A stretch of DNA of 64,000 bases from Bacillota bacterium (GTDB taxonomy: Bacteria; Bacillota; Dehalobacteriia; UBA7702): contig CAWVFN010000061.1 in the NCBI GenBank assembly GCA_963928475.1, forward strand, positions 7,208 through 71,207, read 5' to 3'. Shown piece after piece: positions 17,961 through 27,985 of the stretch. The notes beneath the pieces are model-generated. The model made no database searches. It saw only the letters and a program-made list of their open reading frames with translations, and was not told the DNA's origin. Made by a program: the position numbers and the translations under genes. Positions within the stretch are counted from its first letter, which is position 1, and each line of letters starts with the position of its first letter.

Positions 17961-19439
17961 GTGGTGTTTGCCATTAGCGTAGCTGAACAAAAGATTATAA
18001 GCGTTGGCATTGATATTGGTACCACCACAACCCAATTAGTTCTCAGTCGTTTAACTGTAAGGAATTCCGCTCCCGCCTCAGTAATTCCCCATATGGAGAT
18101 TTCCGACAGGGAAGTGCTTTACCGCAGTGATATTCATTTTACACCCATTGATGATCATTTGCTTATTGACGCAGAGGCGGTGGCTGATATTATTGCTGAA
18201 GAGTACAAGCGGGCCGGAATGAATCCCTGGGATGTAGAAACCGGAGCTGTAATTATTACTGGTGAAACCGCCAAAAAGGAAAATGCGGCTAATATATTGG
18301 AATCAGTTTCTGAATATGCCGGCGATTTTGTGGTAGCTACCGCCGGAGTTAATTTGGAATCTATTCTAGCCGGACGCGGTTCCGGTGCCGCGGGATTTTC
18401 CGAGGAGCATCATAAAGTGTACGCCAATATAGACGTAGGCGGCGGTACCGCTAACATAGGTGTTTTTGAGGGTGGCAGAGTCATAGATGCAGCTTGTATC
18501 AATGTAGGCGGTCACCTTATCGAGTTTGAGAAAGGCGGCGATACTATAACGTATGTCGCCCCTCCGGCTCAGCGGGTACTGAACCATTTAGGCTTGGATT
18601 TACAGATAGGCCAAAAGGTCACCCAGAAACAGCTGATAACTGTAGCGGAAACCATGGCTGACCTCTGTGTGGAATCCATCGTTCAGCGTACTCCCGGCTC
18701 TCTCTTGACAGAGCTTCTGATGACCCCGGCTTTGAAAACTGATTATGAAATATATGAAGTTGTGATTTCCGGCGGGGTAGCGGATTATGTATACAGCGAC
18801 TTTGAACCTGTTTCTATCTCTGAGATGACTCAATACGGCGATATAGGTCCCGTTCTTGGCTGGGCATTACGGCGGAAATTTAAGGAAGCCGGAGTATCCT
18901 TAGCCAAGCCCTTGGAAACTATTAGGGCAACAGTAATCGGGGCTGGTATCCACTCTATGAACATCAGCGGCAGTACCATTCATGTTGATGAGGAAACATT
19001 GCCTTTAAAAAACATTATGGTATTATCTCCCTTTGCCAAGGGTAATATGCCAGATGACATTCAAGTTATAGCTCAGACTATTAAAGAGCATGTAGGGCGC
19101 ATCAGCAGTGAAGATCCAGATAAAATGCTGGCTATATATATTGATGAACCCGCAGATGTTACATATAAAGCCATACATGATTTGGCAAAAGGAATTTGCG
19201 ATGGTATGGCGGAATACTTAAGATATAGGGCCGTACTGATAGTTGTATTAGGCGCTGACTGCGGCAAGGCTTTAGGTCAGTGTTTGGAAATAGAGACCAA
19301 TCATCATGTTGAATTGGTTTGTGTAGACCAGATCCAAGTTGACGAAGGCGACTACATAGATATAGGCAGTCCCATTATGGGCGGGCGGGTAGTCCCAGTA
19401 GTTGTAAAGACTTTGGTGTTTGATAAAGGAAACAATTAA
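17961..19439 (+). CDS. eutA: Ethanolamine ammonia-lyase reactivating factor EutA.
   Basis: SVGIDIGTTTTQLVLSRL actin-fold ATPase motif. 492 aa. GTG start after AGGGAAAGG. Confidence 0.9.
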   Translation: MVFAISVAEQKIISVGIDIGTTTTQLVLSRLTVRNSAPASVIPHMEISDREVLYRSDIHFTPIDDHLLIDAEAVADIIAEEYKRAGMNPWDVETGAVIITGETAKKENAANILESVSEYAGDFVVATAGVNLESILAGRGSGAAGFSEEHHKVYANIDVGGGTANIGVFEGGRVIDAACINVGGHLIEFEKGGDTITYVAPPAQRVLNHLGLDLQIGQKVTQKQLITVAETMADLCVESIVQRTPGSLLTELLMTPALKTDYEIYEVVISGGVADYVYSDFEPVSISEMTQYGDIGPVLGWALRRKFKEAGVSLAKPLETIRATVIGAGIHSMNISGSTIHVDEETLPLKNIMVLSPFAKGNMPDDIQVIAQTIKEHVGRISSEDPDKMLAIYIDEPADVTYKAIHDLAKGICDGMAEYLRYRAVLIVVLGADCGKALGQCLEIETNHHVELVCVDQIQVDEGDYIDIGSPIMGGRVVPVVVKTLVFDKGNN

Positions 19440-19452
19440 GGAGGTAAAATAA

Positions 19453-20115
19453 ATGGCACTATTAGATCCTGTAAAACCGAAAGTGTTATCCACAAAATTC
19501 ATTCCCAGTGTGGCTACGGATTTAAGAAAAGACTTGGGCATGACAGACTATGAACAAAGTATTGCCATGTTCACCTGTGATATCGATGATTGCGCGTATA
19601 CGGCCATCGATGAAGCTACTAAAAAAGCGGAAGTTAGGGTTGTTTACGCGAAATCCTTCTATGCTGGCGCCGCTCATTCTTCCGGTCCTCTTTCCGGTGA
19701 ATTTATTGGTATTTTAGCCGGTCCCAATCCTGCTGAAACCAAGGCCGGCCTCAATGCGGCCGTTCAATATTTAGCGGAGGAAGCATGGTTCTATTCTGCC
19801 GATGATAACGACAGCATAGTATATTTTGCTCATACAATTTCTCGTACTGGCAGTTATCTTTCTGAATGCGCCGGAATTCCGGAAGGTCAGCCTTTGGCCT
19901 ACTTGATCGCTCCTCCCATTGAAGCGGTATTCGGCGTTGATGCCGCCATCAAAGCGGCTGATGTAACTATGCCTTTGTGGTATGGTCCTCCTACAGAAAC
20001 TAACTTTGGCGGAGCTCTCTTAACAGGTAGTCAAAGTGCTTGTAAAGCCGCGACGGAAGCTTTTAGAGACGCTGTTATCGCTGTGGCCAGAACTCCCCAT
20101 GACTTTGATCTTTAA
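19453..20115 (+). CDS. eutL: EutL tandem-BMC-domain (pseudohexameric, BMC-T) shell protein.
   Basis: VVYAKSFYAGAAHSSGPLSGE...GPNPAE aligns with EutL. 220 aa. Confidence 0.9.
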   Translation: MALLDPVKPKVLSTKFIPSVATDLRKDLGMTDYEQSIAMFTCDIDDCAYTAIDEATKKAEVRVVYAKSFYAGAAHSSGPLSGEFIGILAGPNPAETKAGLNAAVQYLAEEAWFYSADDNDSIVYFAHTISRTGSYLSECAGIPEGQPLAYLIAPPIEAVFGVDAAIKAADVTMPLWYGPPTETNFGGALLTGSQSACKAATEAFRDAVIAVARTPHDFDL

Positions 20116-20170
20116 TTGAATCATCAGCGATTCTTAAGATTTTAGATTTTAGGAAGGGAGGTAAGATAAT

Positions 20171-21223
20171 TTGAAAGTAGTAACCGAAGCTGAATTACGT
20201 GACATATATAAAAAGGCACCCTTTACCTCCTTTGATTTGCCTTCCGGCATGAAATTGACTCCTGCCGCCTCCCAATTTTTGAGCGAACGTAAAATACGAG
20301 TTTTGCGCGATGGTGTTTCCGAAAGTCAATTAGCCCAGGAAGACCGGCGCTACAATATATCGGCGCCGACTCCGGCTTATCCTAAAGTGCCGCCGAAGCC
20401 TCAGCCTTTATCCGCCGGTAACTTCTCTAATAGTGGCAATGTGGTAATAACGGAAAGCTCACCGCCTGTAACTCAGGTTAACAATGGATATCAGCAGCCA
20501 GTGATACAGCAATACCAGCAGCAGGTGGAGCAAAGTCAAGCTCCCCAGCAGTTCGGGGTTCCTGCGTCCCAGAATACAGTCGTAAGTGAACCGCAGTCCC
20601 AGACTATAGTAACCCAAGGAGGAAACAATAATACTATGGGTGGCAATGTCATGGCTAATGATACTACCGTTCAAAATATGGACAGATCCCATGTAAACAC
20701 TGAGAAACCTGAACATATGACCCATTTACGCGGTGCCGAACTGGTACCCAAAACTCATCCGATGATTGCTTTTAGAGGCCAATTGGATATATTTGAGGGT
20801 GTTGTTCTAAAAGGAATTATCAGTGCGGAAAATGATGGTTTTAAAGGTTTAGCTCGGGATTTAACTGAGTTATTAGAATGCTCTCGTAAAATAATGCGGG
20901 CTGAAGTCCGTCAGGAGCCTTTGGAGCCTATCAATATCTGTGGTTGGGATGCGGCGGAAATAAGAGACCGCTCTCATTATCCCAATAAATATTACGATGC
21001 TAACCACTTTACTCCCCAGCCTGAGCACGGTAAAATTATGGCGGAACTAAACTATATGCGCGCCGTGGCCAGACAAATGGAATTAGCTGCCGCCCATGCT
21101 TTTTATAAGGAAGACGGCAGTACGGACAGAGATGATATACTTCAGGCTGTAAACCGTTTCAGCAGTGTGATATATGTATTTATGCTGCAGCTGCTGGGAG
21201 GAGTTTATAAGTATGGATGTTAA
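20171..21223 (+). CDS. eutT: EutT-type ATP:cob(I)alamin adenosyltransferase with an expanded Q/P-rich linker of about 100 aa.
   Basis: The N-terminus (VVTEAELR...LTPAASQFLSERKIRV) and C-terminus (HMTHL...NRFSSVIYVFMLQLL) match E. coli EutT. The middle is a low-complexity Q/P/N insertion. TTG start. Confidence 0.75.
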   Translation: MKVVTEAELRDIYKKAPFTSFDLPSGMKLTPAASQFLSERKIRVLRDGVSESQLAQEDRRYNISAPTPAYPKVPPKPQPLSAGNFSNSGNVVITESSPPVTQVNNGYQQPVIQQYQQQVEQSQAPQQFGVPASQNTVVSEPQSQTIVTQGGNNNTMGGNVMANDTTVQNMDRSHVNTEKPEHMTHLRGAELVPKTHPMIAFRGQLDIFEGVVLKGIISAENDGFKGLARDLTELLECSRKIMRAEVRQEPLEPINICGWDAAEIRDRSHYPNKYYDANHFTPQPEHGKIMAELNYMRAVARQMELAAAHAFYKEDGSTDRDDILQAVNRFSSVIYVFMLQLLGGVYKYGC

Positions 21224-21235
21224 TATGGTGATAAT

Positions 21236-22105
21236 GTGAAAGAATTAAAAGAGGCTAATGCCTTAATTGCGGCTTACGATAAAACTTTCAAAAAGCCGAA
21301 AAAGGCAGCTAAAGGGAAAAAAATATATACCGGGGTGGACTTGGGCACAGCCTACATTGTTCTGGCAGTTGTTGATGAGGACGGCACTCCCTTAGCCGGA
21401 GCCATGGAATTTGCGGAAGTTGTGAAAGACGGTTTAGTCGTTGATTATAACGGCGCTATGCAAATTGTGAAAAAGCTGAAGCATCAAATTGAGGAATCCA
21501 TAGGCGCTGAGCTTGAAATTGCCGGTGTAGCCTATCCTCCTGGTACGAATTCCGGAGATTGCCGCGCTATACGTTATGTGGCCGAGGCCTGCGGTTTCCA
21601 TGTAGAATACACCATGGATGAACCTACAGCGGCCAATAATGTCCTCAATATAGAAAACGGCGCGGTTGTTGATATCGGCGGCGGTACCACAGGTATAGCG
21701 GTGCTGAAAGAGGGCAAAGTCGTATTTGTCGATGACGAACCCTCCGGCGGTACCCATTTAAGTTTGGTAATAGCCGGCGCTAAAGGTATCAAATTCTTAG
21801 AAGCTGAAGAGCTGAAAAAGGATAAAGCGGAACATAAAGAACTTATGCCCCTGGTAAGACCTGTTTTTGAGAAAATGGGCAGTATAGTTAGGCGCTGTAT
21901 AGAAGGATATCAAATAGATACTATCTATCTTGTTGGCGGTACCTGCTGTTTTGAAGGGGTAGAGAAAGTATTGCAAAAACAGCTTAAAACAACAGTTGTT
22001 AAACCTGATAATCCCATGTTAGTTACTCCCTTGGGTATTGCTCTCGGCAGTATGAAGCAAGGTCAGGCGGAGGAAAGCTATTATGACGATGATTACGATT
22101 ATTAA
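21236..22105 (+). CDS. eutJ: EutJ (actin/Hsp70-fold chaperone-like protein).
   Basis: GVDLGTAYIVLAV and DIGGGTTGIAV phosphate-binding motifs. 289 aa. GTG start. Confidence 0.85.
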   Translation: MKELKEANALIAAYDKTFKKPKKAAKGKKIYTGVDLGTAYIVLAVVDEDGTPLAGAMEFAEVVKDGLVVDYNGAMQIVKKLKHQIEESIGAELEIAGVAYPPGTNSGDCRAIRYVAEACGFHVEYTMDEPTAANNVLNIENGAVVDIGGGTTGIAVLKEGKVVFVDDEPSGGTHLSLVIAGAKGIKFLEAEELKKDKAEHKELMPLVRPVFEKMGSIVRRCIEGYQIDTIYLVGGTCCFEGVEKVLQKQLKTTVVKPDNPMLVTPLGIALGSMKQGQAEESYYDDDYDY

Positions 22106-22120
22106 GAAAGGACTGAGGCC

Positions 22121-22420
22121 ATGAAAATCGGCAGAGTAATCGATAATATCTGGGCAACCAGAAAAGAAGAAACTTTGCGCAGTACGAAGCTGATGATCGT
22201 TCAAGTGCTGGATACACCGGCAGATTTGGAAAATCCTGCTAATAACGGCGGTAAGGTACTGATAGCTGCTGATATTATCGGGGCTGGAATAGGTGAATTA
22301 GTAATCGTAGTTGGCGGCAGTTCCGCACGTCGGGCAGGCGGTTATGACAGCAATGTTCCCGTTGACGCTATGATTGTCGGTATAATAGATGAAAACGAAT
22401 GGGGTAAAACTAAGGAGTAA
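22121..22420 (+). CDS. eutN: EutN/CcmL/PduN pentameric vertex protein (BMC-V).
   Basis: 99 aa. The MKIGRVIDNIWATRK...KLMIVQ pattern is typical of BMC-V. Confidence 0.85.
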   Translation: MKIGRVIDNIWATRKEETLRSTKLMIVQVLDTPADLENPANNGGKVLIAADIIGAGIGELVIVVGGSSARRAGGYDSNVPVDAMIVGIIDENEWGKTKE

Positions 22421-22423
22421 GCT

Positions 22424-23758
22424 ATGACCCAAGATATTATTAAAAAAATTAGAGATGCCGGGGTCGTAGGTGCGGGTGGCGCAGGCTTTCCCAGCCATGT
22501 AAAACTTGCGGCTCAAGCGGAAGTGGTTGTCACCAATGGCGCGGAATGTGAACCTCTGCTCCGAGTTGACCAGCAACTTATGGTTGTACGCGCCGAAGAA
22601 ATGGTGCATGGTTTGGAGTTGGCGGTTTCCGTTACTGGTGCCAAAGAAGGTATTATAGCTATTAAAGGTAAACATAAAGAAGCTATAGCCACTTTGCAAA
22701 AAGCTATTGCCGGAAAAGATAATTTACGTATTCATATTTTGGATGACTTTTATCCTGCCGGTGATGAACCTATTACCCTTTATGAATCTACTGGTCGTTT
22801 AGTTCCCCAAGGCGGTATTCCTATCGCAGTAGGGGCAGTAGTAACCAATACTGAAACATTAATCAATATCTGTAATGCCGAAAAAGGAATCCCGGTAACG
22901 GATACTTATATCACCCTATGCGGTGCCGTGCCTAAGCCAGTAACGGTAAAAGTGCCGGTAGGTATCACAGTACGGGAAGCCTTTGCCTTAGCTGGTGTTA
23001 AAGATTTCAGTAATTACGGTATAATAGACGGCGGTCCTATGATGGGCGGACTTTTGGAGGATGTCGATACTCCGGTAGCGAAAACATCTAAAGGCTATAT
23101 CCTGTTGCCTAAGGATCATAAGCTGATTACAAAACGGAGTATGGAGATGTCCACTATCACCAGACAGGCCCAGGCAGCTTGTATACAGTGCCGTATGTGT
23201 ACAGATCTTTGCCCCCGCTATCTGATTGGACATCATATTGAGCCTCATCTCATAATGCGAGCTTTAAAATATGGTGAAAACGCGGTAGAAACTTTGAGAA
23301 TGGCTTTTGCTTGTTCTGAATGCGGTATGTGCGAACAGTTCTCCTGTCCAGCAGATATTTCTCCCAGAACAGTGAATGCTAATATGAAGAAAATTCTGTC
23401 GGAAAAAGGTATTAAGCCTCTTGATCCTCCGACGGATCAAAAAGTTAATAAAAATCAGACCAGCAGAAAAGTACCTTCCAAACGTGTGGTCAACCGCATT
23501 GGTCTGGCTCGTTATGATAAAGACGCTCCCCTGGAAGAATTAACAGTTACTTATAAACGCGTAACGATTCCCTTAAAACAACATGTTGGCGCTCCCACCC
23601 AGCCCATTGTTAAAGTTGGTCAGAGTGTTAAACGCGGTGATATTATCGGCGAGGTTCCGGAAAAAGCCTTAGGGGCTCCGGTACACGCCAGTATAGACGG
23701 TGTGGTAGAAGCCATTACCGATAAGGGAATAATTATTAGTCAAGGGGGTGTAAGCTGA
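22424..23758 (+). CDS. PduS-like RnfC-family flavo-iron-sulfur oxidoreductase (putative cobalamin reductase).
   Basis: GAGGAGFPSHVKL NADH-binding motif and two Cx2Cx2Cx3CP 4Fe-4S motifs. 444 aa. Confidence 0.75.
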   Translation: MTQDIIKKIRDAGVVGAGGAGFPSHVKLAAQAEVVVTNGAECEPLLRVDQQLMVVRAEEMVHGLELAVSVTGAKEGIIAIKGKHKEAIATLQKAIAGKDNLRIHILDDFYPAGDEPITLYESTGRLVPQGGIPIAVGAVVTNTETLINICNAEKGIPVTDTYITLCGAVPKPVTVKVPVGITVREAFALAGVKDFSNYGIIDGGPMMGGLLEDVDTPVAKTSKGYILLPKDHKLITKRSMEMSTITRQAQAACIQCRMCTDLCPRYLIGHHIEPHLIMRALKYGENAVETLRMAFACSECGMCEQFSCPADISPRTVNANMKKILSEKGIKPLDPPTDQKVNKNQTSRKVPSKRVVNRIGLARYDKDAPLEELTVTYKRVTIPLKQHVGAPTQPIVKVGQSVKRGDIIGEVPEKALGAPVHASIDGVVEAITDKGIIISQGGVS

Positions 23759-24306
23759 TGATAAGAGCTATAGGTTTGGTAGAATTTACCAGTATAGCAA
23801 GGGGTATAGAGGCTGCCGATGCCATGCTGAAAGCCGCCACAATCGAGCTTTTAGACGCTAAACCAATTTGCCCTGGTAAATATATAGTGTTAATTTGCGG
23901 TGATGTAAGTGCCGTAGAGAATTCCGTCAGAGCCGGTAAAAATATCGGTGAAGGTTGCGTAGTAGATGATTTCGTCATCCCCAACGTACACCCCTCGGTA
24001 ATAAAAGCTATTTCCTGCTCTACAATGGTATATGATTTAGAGGCATTAGGTGTCATTGAATCTTTTGCCATTGCTTCCCTGATAGTCTCGGCTGATGCCG
24101 CGGTAAAAACAGGTGAGGTTGAGTTGATTGAAGTAAGAGTAGGCATGGGTATTGGCGGAAAATCCTTTGTTACCCTTACAGGCGATGTCGGTGCTGTAAA
24201 ATCGGCTATTAACGCTGGTTCCCAGGCTTGCCGGGAAAAAGGTATGTTAGTAGAAACAGTAGTAATACCTTCGCCGCATAAAGAGTTAAAGAATTCAATT
24301 TTATAA
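23758..24306 (+). CDS. PduT-like tandem-BMC-domain shell protein, with a Cys in the ICPGK loop that may ligate an Fe-S centre.
   Basis: Two BMC domains in 182 aa. The MIRAIGLVEFTSIARGIEAADAMLKAA...PICPGKY stretch aligns with PduT, including the Cys38-equivalent residue. Confidence 0.8.
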   Translation: MIRAIGLVEFTSIARGIEAADAMLKAATIELLDAKPICPGKYIVLICGDVSAVENSVRAGKNIGEGCVVDDFVIPNVHPSVIKAISCSTMVYDLEALGVIESFAIASLIVSADAAVKTGEVELIEVRVGMGIGGKSFVTLTGDVGAVKSAINAGSQACREKGMLVETVVIPSPHKELKNSIL

Positions 24307-24355
24307 CATTTAAATTTAATATTAAGATTTTTAGAATTTGAGGAGGTGAAAAGAT

Positions 24356-25396
24356 TTGACGAAGAGACTTATTTCTGTACTTGATATCAAAACCTTGTTT
24401 GAACAAGGTCAGAAAGAACTTTGCCTGGATGATGACGCTATTGTAACTCCGGCGGCTAGAGATACCGCTGTTGAATATGGCATTAAAATACAAAGAGGCG
24501 GTATAGTACCTTGTACAGCCACTGTAGCACCGCCAGTTCAAGTTACTCCTGTAGCTCAGCCGGCTCCTGTGGTTACCGCCGCTCCTGCCGTACAACCTTA
24601 CCAGGCTTCTCCTGCGGCTTCACCGGTGGTAACAGCTGGCCCTATAGTAAACCGTTCTCAGGCGGTTTCCCCAGCGACAAAATGTCCGCCGGTACCTGGT
24701 TATAGGGAAGATAATACTTTAATTACTTCTCCCTGGCCGGAACTGAAGCCCATTCCCTGTTCGGTTGCTACCCAATCGACTCCTTCAGCTCAAACTGTTC
24801 CCTGGCCTAAAGCTAATCCTGTGGCCTTCCAGGCTATTGCCGGCGGCAATGGTCCTGTGACTCCCCAGGCAGCACCTGCTCCTGTAGTATCTAATAATCA
24901 GAATGCTGCTCAAGGTGTTGACAGCGATCTGGTAGCTCAGATTGTGCAGCAGGTTATGCAGCAGATGAATGGCGGTCAATGTGCCGCTGCTCCCTGTCCC
25001 CAAGCTGATTTAGTTAGAGCTATTGATCCAGAAACCGGCTTTATGCTTATCAAAGGCAACAGCATAAAGATGGATGTCTTTAATGACGGTGAAAAGGATC
25101 GTCCTGGCGTTTACATTAAAGAACTGACTAATCCACAGGAAAGTCCTAACATGACTTCAGGTTTCATGGCTTTAGATCACTCTGATCTTACCTGGACTTT
25201 GACCTATGATGAAATGGATTACGTAATTGATGGTACTCTGGAATTTATTGTTAACGGTAAAAAATATACAGGGCTCCCTGGTGATGTGTTCTACATCCCC
25301 GCCAATACTACAGTAACCTTCACAACACCTGATACTACAAAGTTCTTCTTTGTAACTTATCCTGCTAACTGGGCTGAACTCAGTGGCGCTAAATAA
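24356..25396 (+). CDS. eutQ: EutQ (cupin-fold acetate kinase) with an expanded P/A/V/Q-rich linker of about 150 aa.
   Basis: The N-terminus (LISVLDIK...IVTPAARDTAVEYGI) and the C-terminal cupin (FMALDHSDLTWTLTYDEMDYVIDG...GDVFYIP) match EutQ. TTG start after AGGAGGTG. Confidence 0.8.
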   Translation: MTKRLISVLDIKTLFEQGQKELCLDDDAIVTPAARDTAVEYGIKIQRGGIVPCTATVAPPVQVTPVAQPAPVVTAAPAVQPYQASPAASPVVTAGPIVNRSQAVSPATKCPPVPGYREDNTLITSPWPELKPIPCSVATQSTPSAQTVPWPKANPVAFQAIAGGNGPVTPQAAPAPVVSNNQNAAQGVDSDLVAQIVQQVMQQMNGGQCAAAPCPQADLVRAIDPETGFMLIKGNSIKMDVFNDGEKDRPGVYIKELTNPQESPNMTSGFMALDHSDLTWTLTYDEMDYVIDGTLEFIVNGKKYTGLPGDVFYIPANTTVTFTTPDTTKFFFVTYPANWAELSGAK

Positions 25397-25451
25397 AGTA
25401 TAACAATTTATCTATTAAAATAATTGATTTGATAAACAGGAGGAATTTTAA

Positions 25452-25736
25452 ATGACTAATATCGCATTAGGAATGATCGAAACCAAAGGTTTAGTTGGCT
25501 CCATTGAAGCGGCTGATGCCATGGTTAAAGCAGCGAACGTAACTTTGATTGGTAAAGTACATGTTGGCGGCGCTTATGTAACTGTTATGGTTCGTGGCGA
25601 TGTTGGCGCTGTTAAAGCCGCTACTGACGCTGGTGCCGCTGCTGCTCAGAGAGTCGGTGAACTCATTTCCGTACACGTAATTCCCAGACCCCATTCGGAA
25701 GTGGAATACATCTTGCCTAAACTCGGTGCTGAATAA
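25452..25736 (+). CDS. eutM: BMC-H hexameric shell protein (EutM/PduA type).
   Basis: 94 aa canonical BMC domain ([27 protein letters not shown]). Confidence 0.9.
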   Translation: MTNIALGMIETKGLVGSIEAADAMVKAANVTLIGKVHVGGAYVTVMVRGDVGAVKAATDAGAAAAQRVGELISVHVIPRPHSEVEYILPKLGAE

Positions 25737-25768
25737 GATATCGATTTATTAGGTAAGGGGTTGAGATT

Positions 25769-26404
25769 ATGAATGGACAAAATATAGCCTTAGGCATGAT
25801 TGAAACCAAAGGCTTAGTCGGTTCTATTGAGGCCGCTGATGCCATGGTCAAGGCAGCCAACGTAACTTTGATTGGCAAAGTCCATATTGGCGGCGCCTAT
25901 GTGACTGTTATGGTTCGTGGTGATGTCGGCGCTGTTAAGGCCGCTACTGACGCTGGTGCCGCTGCCGCGCAAAGAGTCGGCGAACTTATCTCTGTTCACG
26001 TAATTCCCAGACCCCATTCGGAAGTAGAATTTATTCTGCCTTCTCTAACTTTTGATGATGAGGATGATACTCCTTCTCCACCGGATGACGGTGGGGAAGG
26101 GGAAACCCCTGATGAATCTGAAGATAGGGAAGAAACTCCCGCTCCTGATGAGACCTCTGAAAACTCTTCCCAGGAAGAGGAAAAAGACGTCTCAGCGGTT
26201 GAAAAAGATGAAGCTGAAGCTGAGGAAATAACCGCTCAGGAACTATCCGTCAGAGCCGAGTTAGAAGGAATGGCGGTCAAAGAATTAAGGAAAATAGCTC
26301 GTCAGACCGAGGGAATCGGTATAATGGGGAGAAAGATTTCCGTAGCCAATAAGAGTCTTCTGATTCAGGAGATTACTAAAGCCAGATTGAATAAAGCAAA
26401 ATAA
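25769..26404 (+). CDS. BMC-H domain fused to an acidic disordered linker and a C-terminal SAP/Rho-N-like helix-extension-helix motif (EutK-like shell protein).
   Basis: The first 85 aa are about 97% identical to the preceding EutM. They are followed by a D/E/P/S-rich stretch and then [35 protein letters not shown], which matches the ELxxlAxxxGIxGxSxMRKxxLIxxI pattern of the Rho N-terminal / SAP domain. Confidence 0.7.
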   Translation: MNGQNIALGMIETKGLVGSIEAADAMVKAANVTLIGKVHIGGAYVTVMVRGDVGAVKAATDAGAAAAQRVGELISVHVIPRPHSEVEFILPSLTFDDEDDTPSPPDDGGEGETPDESEDREETPAPDETSENSSQEEEKDVSAVEKDEAEAEEITAQELSVRAELEGMAVKELRKIARQTEGIGIMGRKISVANKSLLIQEITKARLNKAK

Positions 26405-26509
26405 GGCTTGTATAATTTAGCTTAATTTAGCATGAAAGTGCTAAGTTCTATTTAGTATACCTAATTTTGGTGTATGCGGAGATATTTTATACGAAAGGGG
26501 GACTAACTT

Positions 26510-27973
26510 TTGACTCTCGATTACGATTTAAGAATAATCCAGGAAACAAGGGATTTAGCTCGTAAAGCCAAAGAAGCCCAGGCTATACTTGCCACTTTCT
26601 CTCAGGAAAAATTGGATGAGATAGTGAAAGCTATGTCTGAAGCTGTAATCGCCAATGCTGAATGGTTGGCAAGGATGGCTTGCGATGAAACAAAATATGG
26701 TATTTATGAAGATAAAGTTATCAAAAATACCTTTGCTGCCAGAGAAGTTTATGAATATATTAAAGATATGAAAACTACGGGCTTCATTAAAGAGGATCCC
26801 GTAAATAAAATTTACGAATACGCTATGCCCGTTGGTGTTATTATGGGTATTATTCCCACAACTAACCCCACCTCCACCCTTATCCATAACGCTATGTGCG
26901 CTGTTAAGAGTGGTAACGCCATAGTATTTTCACCCCATCCCAACGCGGTGAAATGTTCAGTTGCTTCCGCCCAGGTTATGATGGACGCTGCGGCGAAAGT
27001 TGGCGCTCCTGACGGCATTATCAGCTGTCTGACCAAGGTAAGTATGGAAGGTGCCGATGCTCTGATGCATAACGATAATATTGATGTTATCGTTGCTACC
27101 GGCGGCCCCGGACTGGTAAAATCCGCTTACAGCGCTGGTAAACCCGCTTTAGGTGTTGGTGCTGGTAACGTACCTGCTTTTATCGAACGTACAGCTAATG
27201 TTAAGAAAGCCGTTCATGATATTGTTACCAGTAAGACCTTTGATAATGGTATGATTTGCGCTTCTGAACAAGCGATTATTGCTGACTTGCCTGTAAAGGA
27301 TCAAGTTGTGGCGGAATTGAAGGCTCAGGGTTGCTATATCATGAATGAGGAAGAATCCGATAAGGTAGCTAAACTCATCATGACTCCCACCAATGGTATG
27401 AATGCGGCTTATGTAGGTAAAACCGCTTGTTATCTGGCGGAACACGCTGGTATTAATGTTCCCGCCGGTACCAAGCTTCTTATCGCGCCTATGGACGGTT
27501 ATGGTAAAGAGTATCCTCTTTCCCATGAAAAGCTTACCACTGTTTTGGGCTTCTATTGTGTTAAGGATTGGCATGATGCCTGCGAACTGTGCAGAGGTCT
27601 TCTCAGCATTGGCGGTATTGGTCACTCTCTGGTTATTCACAGCCAGGATGATACTATTATCCGCAAATTTGCTGAAAAACCTGTATCCCGTATTTTGGTC
27701 AATACTCCTGGTTCTCTTGGCGGTATTGGCTATACCACCAGTATTTCTCCTTCTCTCACTTTGGGTTGCGGTACTTGTGGCGGCAGCAGTCTCGATGAAA
27801 ACCTTACTCCTTTGCACTTGATCAATGTTAAAAAATTGGCTTATGGTACCTGTGATGCCAATTTTGCCCCGGCTGAAACCAGCGCTCCTGCTGCGCAGCC
27901 TAATTGCGGAGCTACCGCTGATGTTATCACTGACGTTGTTAAACAGGTGTTAGCCCAGCTGCAGTCCCGGTAA
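26510..27973 (+). CDS. eutE: CoA-acylating acetaldehyde dehydrogenase EutE.
   Basis: Aldehyde dehydrogenase fold with the catalytic Cys in NGMICASEQ. 487 aa. TTG start. Confidence 0.85.
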   Translation: MTLDYDLRIIQETRDLARKAKEAQAILATFSQEKLDEIVKAMSEAVIANAEWLARMACDETKYGIYEDKVIKNTFAAREVYEYIKDMKTTGFIKEDPVNKIYEYAMPVGVIMGIIPTTNPTSTLIHNAMCAVKSGNAIVFSPHPNAVKCSVASAQVMMDAAAKVGAPDGIISCLTKVSMEGADALMHNDNIDVIVATGGPGLVKSAYSAGKPALGVGAGNVPAFIERTANVKKAVHDIVTSKTFDNGMICASEQAIIADLPVKDQVVAELKAQGCYIMNEEESDKVAKLIMTPTNGMNAAYVGKTACYLAEHAGINVPAGTKLLIAPMDGYGKEYPLSHEKLTTVLGFYCVKDWHDACELCRGLLSIGGIGHSLVIHSQDDTIIRKFAEKPVSRILVNTPGSLGGIGYTTSISPSLTLGCGTCGGSSLDENLTPLHLINVKKLAYGTCDANFAPAETSAPAAQPNCGATADVITDVVKQVLAQLQSR

Positions 27974-27985
27974 GGGGTGATTAGC

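Noticed and set aside
25452-26040. The two BMC-H genes as a recent tandem duplication or an assembly artefact.
   Set aside because: Nucleotide identity is only about 85%, with mostly synonymous differences. They are long-standing paralogs, not a repeat collapse.
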